Origin: Podarcis bocagei
Lineage: Eukaryota
DNA length: 64,000 nt
Strand: one strand, 5' to 3'
Assembly: GCA_964188305.1 (NCBI GenBank)
Contig: OZ076886.1
Shown: positions 24,510 to 35,665 of the stretch, one piece after another
How the letters are laid out: each line of letters starts with the position of its first letter
Position numbering within the stretch: the stretch's first letter is position 1
Made by a program: the position numbers and the translations under genes
Notes under the pieces: model-generated
Database searches by the model: none
What the model was told of the DNA's origin: nothing
What the model saw: the letters and a program-made list of their open reading frames with translations, nothing else

Positions 24510-24800
24510 CAGTAGGAAGGACTCTTCCCATTGTGGTGCCCAGTTTGTGAAACCACATCCCCTCCAACATATGCAGGAACTGACTGATAAGTTTCTGACG
24601 CATGCTAAAGGCCTTTTTATTCATCCAGGCATTTGCTAATTCCAATGCTGAGCATTGAGTAGAATGGGTTGGTTTTGCTGTCATTGTTTCCTCCACCCCC
24701 CATTTTCTGTATTTTAATGTGCTGATCTTTTGCTGTGAACCTCCCTGGAATCACTGCTAAGGGAGCGATATATAAATGTTTTAAACAAGTAACCAAATAA
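24510..24800 (+). mobile_element. Old L2-like LINE 3' fragment
   Basis: CTAAAGGCCTTTTTATTCATCCAGGCATTTG, then a T-rich UTR, TGTGAACCTCCCTGGA and ATATATAAAT. Confidence 0.55.
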
Positions 24801-26699
24801 AATAATGCGCCTCTACTGAAGAGGGTACTAAAAGCAGGACCTGGGCAACAGTCTTAAAGCATTAATATGGAAAGTGGCATCAGGGTCCCATGCGATTTAG
24901 GCTTTATAAGACCTGGTATGAAAAATGCCTGAGGTGTGTAGCATAGTCTAGATTAGAAAATGTCAAAACTGTTAAGTAAAATGATGGCATTGTTCTCACA
25001 GGCACATGTTCCTGTGTTGTTTCCTACTACCCTGAAAGAAATCAAAAAAATTGTCCTGGAAGCAGGATAAGGAGCTTCACTCAGGGAGGCCAAAGTGGAT
25101 TCCCATTTTCTAACCACCATGAGCAGAAACAGCTTAATCCTATGGGTGACAGTGAGTGGCAGAAAGTCTAAAACTCCAGCAAGTACTGCCATGAATAGTC
25201 TGTCTTGCAGACAGAGGCAAATCCCATCTGGTCTCACCGAGCAGACGAGCCGACAAGCCATTCCGTTTGTGTCTGTGACCCTGTAATGTTTTCCTTCAGC
25301 TCTTGTTGAGCCAGCCAGCAGAGGGTGTCACAGCTAATTAAGAAATCATGCTTCCAGAGCTGCGGAGAACTAATTGGTGATGTAAGAAAACAAATAGAGC
25401 AGAGTATTTTCACTGGTTATCATAAGGGCAGGAAGCAAGAGGATCCTGCACGTTTCCAGATTACAGAAAACAAATCTGACAAGAGAAGAGGGGGAAGCAT
25501 TTCATTTCTAAGCTCTGTTTTAAAAAGTCTGTTAAAATGCTATAAAAATAGAACTCCATTAATATACAGTAATGGAGAAGTGAAATGGCTTTATTTGTTT
25601 CTTCAGCCTTGAATCTTTTGAGGGGGGGAATTATGTATGTAGGAGACCATGCTAGACATCTTAATTTAGATAATGGGGGTGGTGGGAGTGGTAATGGAGG
25701 AGGGTGTTGGGGCTTTTAGCTTTGCTTGTGCAGAGCTTCTGAGCTCCCCTAGGGAAATGGTTTGTGTGTTTGTGTATGTATGCTTAAGCCTGTCAACCTG
25801 TTACCTGCCGTGTACCATTTCAAAGACCATTCAGTAAGACCACTGCATGATTCCAGTCTCTTCCACTAGTTTTCTCCTTACCTCAAAGCTTCTGACAGCA
25901 AACAAACCCTGGAGTTGGTCAGATAAAAGGCTGCATCATATCCCTGCTTCCGAACTCTGTGTGGCTGCTACCACACCTCACTGAAAAATATCTAGCTAGA
26001 GTCCAGGCTTTACCAAACAATTACCAAATTGTTTTATGGGTGGGGAGAAGAAGGATTGAGGGCCCCTAGACTCTTCCTGTGGGTCCTATTGGAGAGGCCT
26101 TGCTCCAAACCAAAGTACTGTAGATGAAGTGGTGAGGGAGGAAGAATTGGATTAGAACAACTGTTACAGGGGAAGGCAGGCTTAACACTCCCCCATTCTG
26201 TTTTCCCTAGCTAAATTCCTGGGCCCAATTGATGTTTGTTAAATATAGTTTTCCAAGCAGGACAAATAATTACTTCAGGGAGTGATTAAGATGTGGAAAA
26301 CAGCATATACAGAAAAGTGTAAATCTTCCCCTTCCTCACCCAGTGATGCAGCCCAATTTCTATCCTTGAAATGTTTTTTTATAAAAAGTAAACCACCACC
26401 ACCACCTTAATGTCTGCCGTTGATTTTCCTGCTTAAAATGATGAACAGTCCAAATAATTCCCATGAGAAAATTATGGGCATAAAAAAACAACACTGAGAA
26501 CATAAACAGAAAACACTTTTCTGGGACCACTTTGTCTGGATTTGGCTCTCTCCTCTGCAACCAGTGATATGATATTGTTATGGTTTGGGGGCTTCAGTCT
26601 GGAGGATACCCTGGCTTCCTTCCAGTTCTTGTAATCCTGTATCTGTGAGGCTATAATGTGTAAGAGAAAGCTTGATGAACAGGTCAGACTAGACCCCTT

Positions 26700-26937
26700 T
26701 GTTAAGGTAATGACTTTAGCTGACTTTAGCTTAGTTTCTATCCAACATCCTTCTAACATTCATTAATTTTACAATGTTTCTGTAAGTAGTCTTTAAATTT
26801 CTTCCAGTCTTCTTTCACCAACTCTTCTCCCTGGTCTCGGATTCTGCCTGTCATTTCTGCCAATTCCATGTAGTCAATCACCTTCATCTGCCATTCTTCC
26901 AAGGTGGGTAGATCTTGTGTCTTCCAATACTTTGCAT
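26700..26937 (-). mobile_element. L1-clade LINE ORF2 extreme C-terminus
   Basis: Minus strand encodes AKYWKTQDLPTLEEWQMKVIDYMELAEMTGRIRDQGEELVKEDWKKFKDYLQKHC, homologous to ORF 12339-12608. Confidence 0.85.
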
Positions 26938-27002
26938 GAACTATTGACCATTCATAAATACCTCATTTTGGGGGAAGATTGTGGTGGGGAAATGCTAGAA
27001 CT

Positions 27003-27210
27003 CGTGAATGTTAGAAGATTCAGGACACAGAAAAGGAAGTACTTCTTTATGTAGCGCTTAGTTAATCTGTGGAACTCCTTCCCACAGGAGGCAGTGATGA
27101 TGGCAACCAACTTGGAAAGCCTTTAAAAGAGGATTAGACAAATTCACGGAAAAGATGGCTGTGCTGTCCCTCCACAGTTGGAGACAGCACTGCTTCTGAA
27201 TCCTTTCTAC
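27003..27210 (+). mobile_element. CR1 LINE 3' fragment
   Basis: AGATTCAGGACACAGAAAAGGAAGTACTTCTTT...TGTGGAACTCC...TTTAAAAGAGGATTAGACAAATTC. Confidence 0.75.
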
Positions 27211-27458
27211 CAGTTTCCCCCAGGATTTTAAAATTACTGTTATTAATATTGATCGCAAGATGGAGATCTGTACTGAGGTATAGGCCTCTTTGCCTGTCTA
27301 TGTAGTAGCTGGTTTAAGCTTAGATTGTGTTGCAGTAAATTAGGTCTAAATTCCAAATAAAGTTCACTTGTTCAGTCATTGCAATTTTGCTTCAGCCCAT
27401 ATAATCTTATGAAGCTTCTTGTAAAAAGTTCATATATTGAAATCAGTATGAGTTTGGT

Positions 27459-27636
27459 CAGTCCTTTTTTTTCTGGGGGTACGCAGGGGTACACATACCC
27501 CTAAACATTTTGTGAAACTTTGTACTTTTGTCCATTTACTATATTTATTTTCCCCAATATGAACTATAAAATGATGGTTTTCTTGAGTCAAAATGAGAGT
27601 ACCCCTAAACATTTTTTTAAAAGAAAAAAAGCACTG
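27459..27636. mobile_element. hAT MITE (CAGTGCTTTTTT TIR family)
   Basis: TSD AGTTTGGT / GGTTTGGT (7/8). Termini CAGTCCTTTTTTT ... AAAAAAAGCACTG. Internal repeat TACCCCTAAACATTTT x2. Confidence 0.88.
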
Positions 27637-29440
27637 GGTTTGGTGACTGTAAGCATCTGCAGGCCATGGGAGAAGTACCAAGTGCAAGGCACAGAGTGAG
27701 TCCACCAGGCAAAGTGAGGCGGTTGCGTCAGGTGGTAGATGCTGGTGTGTGTGTGTCAATAGCAGCAGCCCCCATAATTCCCCCTGGGTGCTTCTTAAAC
27801 ATGGATAGGATTGAACCTCACAAGTAATTCCTCATGCAGAAAAGCAGCCAAACATGGAGCAAAGCATGCATAAGCTCATAGAATATGCTGAGGCTCATGG
27901 TAATACCCAGACCTGGCCCTGGCTTGGTTCTTTGTGCTTTGGGGCCTTATACCTTTGGGAAAAGCAGGCAGGCAGCACAGTCACATATATTACATTTGTT
28001 CTCTCTTCTGATCTGAAGCACTTATATAAAGCCAGTTCTGTTCAGGGATACTGTGTACCTTGAGACTGTGTGTGTTTGTGTGTGCATACACACACATATG
28101 CACAAACACACAAACTATTTGCTGCTCCGTCTACTGTAGCAGAATGTCTTGGCTAGCCCAAAACAATATTAGTGCAATATGATGCCCAGGTGTGGAACAA
28201 CTCAGTTTGGGCGTTAAGTCACTCTTCCAGTATAGCCTGTTTAAACTGGACCACCAAATTCACTTCCATATAGAAGTCACAAATGCAGGTTTAATTTCTG
28301 TTAAATTAGCTATATGCTAAATGGATTACTCCTGCATGAGTCGGCGAAAGTATCTGGTTGTCATGGGGAGTAGGAAACCAAAGTTAAGTGATTATGTAGC
28401 ACAAATAATAATTGTTTGGATAAGAAAGTAATAAATGGCAAAACCTCCTGTTGTTATGTGTCAACATTAGCCTGGGATTTTTATTTACTTATTAAATCTT
28501 CCAAATTATTGCATCACTCCAAATGTATGTATCATTCTTTTTACACATTTTCTTCTTCCCATCCCTCCTTCCCTGATTTTTTTAAATTCTCCCTTAATAG
28601 CTGCATTAAAACAGATCTACATTCATTTTCTAAGCCCCCCAAATCCATTCTCTAAATTCTTCGGTTGCTCATATCTCAAATCCTGCATGTAATTTTATAT
28701 AAGAATGAAAATTTGATAAGTAGAACATTGGCCTGGGATTCTGTCCTGACCTCTGAAACCATGTGGTAATCACAGAAGCCTTGTCATCCAGTGCTTGACT
28801 AGCAATGAAAAGTAGAGGACTAGATAGGTGTGTGGCAGGGGGGAGGGGTCTTAGAGTTTTCTGTTCTCATCATCAGCAACATATTTCTTACAAATAAGCA
28901 TCAGCTCACAAGGTTTTTTCATGCATCTGGAAGAGGGAGCAGTAATGAGAAGCAGAAGGAGAAAGCATAGAGACGCTGCTTCTTTAATTAGCTAGCGTGG
29001 CAGATGCATGACTGATCAGAAGTCCAAGAGCATAAGGTATCTTGCAGCCTCGGACACTGATAGCCACTGAGTGAGATCATCTGCAATAATTCTTTCCCAG
29101 AGTGAAGGTTAAGGAGTCCTCCACCCAGCTCCCAAAATAGATTTTCTGTTGAAAACCCAGCTAGTTACACTATTTCAGTATCACACAGCCACTTCTTGCT
29201 ATTATGAGATGAGAATTAGCGACTAGTTAGATCATCTTATCTGGGTACTTTGGGGTCCCCAGAGGGAATCTGATGTGACTATGAACTGGGATTTTGTTTT
29301 GTTTTTTGCTAATTGTCGAAATGTAAGCCTTAGCCCACCCCTCTCCACTCAGTGGACTGTGCTAACAGGCTATCCAAAGGAGTGAGTTTTTCATAAGGCA
29401 AGTTACCTTGTTTATAGCTGCAGAAGTAGAATATAAAGTA

Positions 29441-29641
29441 CAGTGGTATCTCAGGTTAAGAACTTAATTCGTTCTGGAGGTCCGTTCTTAACCTGAAACT
29501 ATTCTTAAGCTAATGGGGCCTCCCGCTGCCGCCACCACGTGATTTCTGTTCTCATCCTGAAGCAAAGTTCTTAACCCGAGGTACTATTTCTGGGTTAGTG
29601 GAGTCTGTAACCTGAAGCGCCTGTAACCCGAGGTGCCACTG
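29441..29641 (+). mobile_element. pogo/Tigger-like MITE, subfamily B
   Basis: TA flanks. Termini CAGTGGTATCTCAGGTTA ... TAACCCGAGGTGCCACTG. Colinear with 14531-14758 apart from small deletions. Confidence 0.92.
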
Positions 29642-31108
29642 TAAAAGCCACCTTGGAGGCATTGGTCCTGCCTTTTTTTTATGCCTCTGAACAGGTGATT
29701 TGTTAACTTTATTGGCAGGCGATGAAAGATGGGGACATAGTTCCCATGGGTGTGAACTACTGGCACAACAATGTGCTGATGCTTTTATTTTTTTTAAAAA
29801 AAATAAATAAATCTGTGGCTGGCTTGTGGTTTCAAGGAGTGAAGGCTGAAGGTGGAACTCCATTACCAGCTTGTTTTCCAGACATCAGACAAGCTGGATG
29901 GTGGGACCTGCCTTTCCTGACCAGATTCTTTAACACTAGAGAAGCATATTTTTTGCCATACCTTTTCAAATAATTAATATACTTTATGTAGCAATAAAAG
30001 TTCTGAGCTGTTGCCTTAGAACAATCTCTTTAGTAAAGGGTGGCAATTCCAAGGTCGTTATAGTGGTGGCATAAGCATTGACTGTATTTGGGAATCGGTG
30101 GCATGCTTTTGAAAAAGAAACCCTTGAAGTGAGCTTTTGTTCCTCAGTGGAGGGAGCAAGTGTGTGAGTGTCATGGAAGTCTTAGAGGACCAGTCAGGAA
30201 GCTAGACAATAACTTTATATTCTGTCTTCAACAAAAACAGCAATGGGAAATTCCTGATTTCACCCAGATACAACTAAGCCCAATGCCATCTAGTGACTTG
30301 TCTATATAATTATCCTATCCACCATGTATGTACATTAGCACTTTGTGAGCCAGGACCTCTTTATGTAGCTGCCTGTGCTGGGAGACCTGATTTATGCAAC
30401 CCTTTCTAGCCCACACAATGCCTTGGAAGCGGTGGAGAGGATCATTCACCACAGAATAATGATGGAATGAAATGACCCGTTCCTTTGTACATCCTAACTT
30501 TGCCACACAGGTGGCCCAGAACAATCTGTTCAGTTGTCATGTACTTGTACTTGAGGGAACTAAAGGACAAACGTAATTCTCTGCCACATGCTACAAGCAA
30601 TCGTGGTAATGCATGCAATAAGCTAGTCTTAAAAATTAATCTTGCTGCACGAAGCACTATATTTGGGAAAGACTTTTCAGCAGTCTCCACATGGGAACTG
30701 TAATATTTAGATCTGTGCTAAGGCTGCCAAGTAATGGGAACAGGAAGTTGCAATTTTTACTGAATAATTCCCGCTTCTAGGTATTCAGTACTGTATAGAC
30801 TTTCTGAAAAGGGGAGAAAATGTCATTTCATTGATAATTTCCATGTCTAATTAGTTGGTTACACAAACAACCAAAAACCTTATTTGCCAAATATGAAGTT
30901 AACTGAAGAGGGCCTTAAATTTTTCATTAACTATGAGACAGAATTCCTAAGGACCTTCTCAGATGATGAGAATTTAGTAGTACAATAAACACATAGTTTA
31001 TATACATTTGTTGCCCACAGTCTACACATCTCCCTATGAGGTTCCTCTGCTTCTGTCACAGGGTTATGAGGGTTGTATTTTGTGCCTGGAAAAACATGAT
31101 TATTTCCT

Positions 31109-31186
31109 AAAAAGGTAAAGGTAAAGGGACCCCTGACCATTAGGTCCAGTCGTGACCGACTCTGGGGTTGCGGCGCTCATCTCGCT
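31109..31186 (-). mobile_element. Sauria SINE 3' fragment
   Basis: AAAGGTAAAGGTAAAGGGACCCCTGACCATTAGGTCCAGTCGTGACCGACTCTGGGG is the (ACCTTT)n tail plus body on the minus strand. Confidence 0.85.
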
Positions 31187-31805
31187 CATTTATTGTGATT
31201 GCTGACTGGAATGCAACTGCGTGTGCCACAGACACCTATTGGAGATTTTCTTTGATGTGAATGGTGACAAGTGTTTTTATTACTAAAGAGGAAAAACAAC
31301 ACAACTGAGTTAACTTAAAAATTGGTAAATGCATGTTATGCCGAAAGAACAGCATTATGTTGTCATCCCATATGTAATAAAAACAACAACTATAACTCTC
31401 TTTCCCAGAGTTCTTCCATAAGTCTATTTTACGCTCTCATACGAATCACTGTAAGTTTTTTCATTGTCACTTATTGTCTCCCAAGATTTCAGAAGCCACT
31501 TTGGTACTCCTGATTATTTGTTGTACCTCTCAGGCAATTGTTGCAGCTCCTAAAAAAAATTGTCTCAAGTATCGTGTATTTGACTGGCATATGCCTTTCA
31601 GATACCACATCTGGATCACTCATTTCATATATAGTCAGGATAATTTTGAAGAGGTAATTTTTAGTCTCCTCCAGCAAATATTTTGGACTACAACTTCCAC
31701 TAGCTCCAGCCAGTATAGAGGGCCTATCTGGAGAGCACCAGGCTGATGAAGGTGGGGATAATTTAGTATTCAAACCACATTATGAAAAAATACCTGCTGA
31801 TAATG

Positions 31806-32191
31806 TGCTTTTGAATTATGGTGCTGGAGGAGACTCTTGAGAGTCCCATGGACTGCAAGAAGATCAAACCTATCCATCCTTAAGGAAATCAGCCCTGAGT
31901 GTTCACTGGAAGGACAGACCCTGAAGCTAAGGCTCCAATACTTTGGCTACCTCATGAGAAGAGAAGACTCCCTGGAAAAGACGCTGATGTTGGGAAAGAT
32001 TGAGGGCATAAGGAGAAGGGGATGACAGAGGACGAGATGTTTGGATAGTGTTCTCGAAGCTACCAGCATGAGTTTGTCCAAACTGTGGGAGGCAGTGGAA
32101 GACAGGAGTGCCTGGCGTACTCTGGTCCATGGGGTCACAAAGAGTCAGACACGATTAAAGACTAAACAACAACAATAACAACAACAACAAC
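31806..32191 (+). mobile_element. RTE-BovB LINE 3' fragment with (CAA)n tail
   Basis: AFELWCWRRLLRVPWTARRSNLSILKEISPECSLEGQ.LKLRLQYFG.LMRREDSLEKTLMLGKIEG, then GTCCATGGGGTCACAAAGAGTCAGACACGA and (CAA)n. Confidence 0.95.
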
Positions 32192-33872
32192 AATTTTTAG
32201 TCTCAACAGACATGGGGGTATACTAAAGCAAGAAAACATTGTTAATCTACATAATTCTATGTGTGTCTACTCAGCAGTAAGATCCATTGATTTTGATGGG
32301 ATTTACTCCAAGGTAAGTGTGCATAGGATTGGAGCTCTGTGTATCTCTTAAATTCTGGCAGGAGCCGAATGCCAGCAGTATATCATTTTATACCCTCTGG
32401 CTGCCTCTTAGTGCAGACCAAGATCATTGAGCTTGAGTTTCTACATCCCCTGCCCTACCCCTACTAATTGGTAGGATTAGTAGCAACAGCATCAGATATG
32501 TTCTATGCTTATGGCAATATTGTATTCCCTTGTTAATTAATTTTCTATTTGACTTCAGTTAGTAATGCTTTCTTTTGAAATCTTTAAGAGAATATTGTAG
32601 CTTCCTGTTAAAGATGTTGCTTTTAATGTATACTTTATGTTTGGTTTTCTTCTGGACTGTTTTATTTGATGTTTTAATGTGCACTTTGAGTTTTTTTCTT
32701 AAAAATTTAAAGTGGTATAGAAATGAAATGCATAATAATTCCATCTGCATTCATAGGCATCCTTAACAATATGTTTATAATTTTTCAGCTTCCCTTTGAA
32801 TTTGATGTCTGATTCTAAAAATTCCTCAAAATGAAGTTGCTGGCCTAATAAGGAATTAAACTATGAGTTTGGTTAAACACCTTGTTACATAGGTATTTCT
32901 TCTGACTGTAGACTTTTACCTGCTAAGATCACTTCCACATATATTGGGCATTCATCCTGATTTGTTTGCACAAAGTTTGCAAGAATGTTATACAACATTG
33001 CATCAAGCAGTTGTTATCCCACACTTACCTGTGCATTTCTCCATCATTTCCTTCATCACAAAAGGTCAGGCGTCCGTCCCCCCCAAACCTGGAAGTGCAT
33101 TTGTTCCATAAGAGCTCCAAATCCACTTTTATTGCACACCTGAATTTGCTGGCATGCCATTGGTTCCTACCTGCAAAAAAGCAGCAGTCTGGAGGTGCCC
33201 CCCAAATAAATTTAGCTAGCAGCTGTTGCCATTATTTCAAGTTTATATGATTCTTGACATTTGTTTCTAAGCTGGTTATAATGTGCACCTTGCACTTTGC
33301 ATTGTGCACATTAAAGAAGCTGAGCTGAAAGAAGCCCAAACTAGCTAGACTGACAGAGAGGTGTTTAAACTAACTGAAGCTCTTTCTTATCCTGGGAGGA
33401 AACAAGTGGCGCAGAGGGGCCCGCCTCATAATTAAAGGCCTCAAGGAATGTGTGCTCATGTAACAAGAACATTGTTAATTATCAGTTTGGTGTTTAGGTG
33501 TTGTTTCATTTTCTCTTTGGTGGCAAACAGCAAGTGTACAAACAAGCCTATCAAATAGAATGTCAAATGATGTGAGGGGGAACTAAGCAATTTTAGGGGG
33601 GTGCTCCTTATCAAAAGGTGATTCCAAAAAAATGTATTTGCAGAAGACATGCAGAGTGGAAAGGCCTATATTATGTAAGGAAATGAGGTAGGAATAGCTT
33701 GACATCAAGGCTCTCTTGTCACTAAAAATCCATGAAGGACAACCCCCTGAGTGAATACAGGTGAACCTTTTCTGGATAATTGTCTGCATATGACCACTTG
33801 CTTAGGAAGCCAGTTGTGAGTGCCCATGCCCAAAGTGAGCTTTCTTCCCCTCAGAATAGCTAGGCCATTTGT

Positions 33873-34020
33873 AGGAACATAAGAAGGCCTTGTGGATCAG
33901 ATCAATGGCCCATCTAGTCCAACATCCTGTCCCCATGGTGACCAACCAGATGCCTCTGGGAAACCTACAAGCAGGACAAGAGCACGAGAATGCTTTCCCA
34001 TCCCGTGGTTTCCAGTGTTA
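33873..34020 (-). mobile_element. CR1-like 3' end
   Basis: GAACATAAGAAGGCC..GGATCAG..CAATGGCCCATCTAGTCCAACATCCTG. Related remnants at ~24100-24180, 44320-44425 and 62540-62630. Confidence 0.6.
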
Positions 34021-34119
34021 GGGTTGAACAAGATAACCGGTGGTATCTGACATCTCTGACTGATCAGGAAGGACCAGCATAGTTTCACTCCCTCTGCCTC
34101 TTTCTCCTGATAAAGGTGA

Positions 34120-34307
34120 TCATACTGGGCAGATATGAAAATACTGAAACTTATTAAAATTCACAAACAGCACTTCTAAAGCTTCTGGGTAGGCTTGTCT
34201 GGACAAGAATGTTTTTAGCAGGCACCAAAAGGAGTATAGTGAAGGTGCCTGCTTAATATCAATAGGCAGGGAGTTGCAAAGCATAGGTGCTGCCACACTA
34301 AGTGATC
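34120..34307 (-). mobile_element. L2-like LINE fragment
   Basis: AGAATGTTTTTAGCAGGCACCAAAA...GAAGGTGCCTGC...GGCAGGGAGTTGCAAAG, similar to 49400-49500. Confidence 0.6.
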
Positions 34308-34315
34308 GAGTAGAT

Positions 34316-34492
34316 CAGGGGTTGTCAACCTGGTCCCTACCACCCACTAGTGGGCGTTTCAGGATTCTAGGTGGGTGGTAGGGGGTTCTGCGGCACAAGC
34401 TGAATCCTCCTTCCATCGAGCACTGGTGGGCAGTAAGGAAATTTTACCATCAAGAAAGATGCATTAGTGGACGGTAGGTCTGACTACCCCTG
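34316..34492. mobile_element. hAT (Charlie-like) MITE
   Basis: TSD GAGTAGAT / AAGTAGAT (7/8, central TA). TIRs CAGGGGTTGTCA / CAGGGGTAGTCA. Confidence 0.88.
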
Positions 34493-35340
34493 AAGTAGAT
34501 GGACCTTCGCCTAATCTGGTAGGGCTCTTATGAGGTTCTTATGTTTAAGTGCCGAACCATATGAAAAAGCAGCTGCCATGACAGGGCTATAATGTATGCA
34601 GGGCAACTTTTTTATCCTGCTAAGTAGATGAGTGATAATTTTGTCATCTGTCCCTACCTTCTGTGTTTCTGTTTTTTGAGATCTCTTCATGTAGCAAAAG
34701 CATAAAGGGAGATCTGTGTCTTTCTTCTTCCCCAGAGCAGTTAAACTGGTTCATGCTTTGTGAAGTTAAAATATGTTTATCCCACTCCAGTTTCCTTTTT
34801 CTTTACCGTTTGAGACTTTGATGATCTTGGGAGCAGAAGTGGACTATTCTTGGATATCATCCCCGTTCTAGAAATCGTAAGCCTGGCAGCATATGAGATC
34901 CTCCCCCTGCCCCCCTTTGACCTCATCTCTATCTCAAATGCTTACCACATATCAAAACAGCCTGTGTGTTCTTTGTGGAGCTGCTGGCTGTTAAAGATGC
35001 TAGTATGCTGTCTTAACACATTTTGTTTCGTCCTGCTGCTGCTTTCTGTAGATCTGCATAGGCTTCTCTTGCTGCCTCTGTCACCATCATCCCTTGAACC
35101 CAGTGCTTGCCAGAGCAGGGGCCTTTAAAAGGAAAAACTTAGCAAACAATGTCATGCCAGAATAAATCATAGGTAGCAACAGGGATACGTGAATAATACA
35201 TAATGGAACAGATGGGCCACAGAGTCAGTAAAGACATGGATGACCTTTTGAGCCTCTATGCTGCTTAAGACTCTGGCTAAATTAAAAATTAAAAATCTGC
35301 ATTGTTAAGGAACTGTAGCCGCAATCCAACACACAGTAAA

Positions 35341-35428
35341 GCTGCAATTGTGCACCCATTTTCCTGGGAGCAAGCTCTGCTGAACTCAGTGTGTCTTACT
35401 TCTGAGTAGGCAGGTATAGACTTGCACT
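35341..35428. mobile_element. Short degenerate palindromic repeat (MITE-like), with related copies near 1065-1170, 21515-21562, 32245-32335 and 61072-61150
   Basis: Shared CTTACT(T/C)C..AGTA....TAG(G)ATTGCA arm and inverted symmetry. Confidence 0.5.
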
Positions 35429-35545
35429 CACACGTCATTGAACTTATTTAAATAAATGGCCTTAAGTGCAGCTAAGTGCCTTACTCCGTGTTAGATTGGG
35501 GACAAATGTCTCTGTGTTATCATACTTCCATATTTTCTTGTCTTT

Positions 35546-35665
35546 TAGCCAGTTCTTGTGCATGAGACTCTTAATCTCGGGTTCATTGGTTTGAAAGATT
35601 CCTGCATGTCAGGGGGTTGACTAAGTGACTCTGATGGTCCCTTCCAGCTCTATAATTTGATGAAT
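35546..35665 (+). mobile_element. tRNA-Lys-derived SINE with CR1-type tail, degenerate
   Basis: GCATGAGACTCTTAATCTCGGG head, then AAAGATTCCTGCAT..CAGGGGGTTGACT...GGTCCCTTCCAGCTCTA. Confidence 0.7.
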
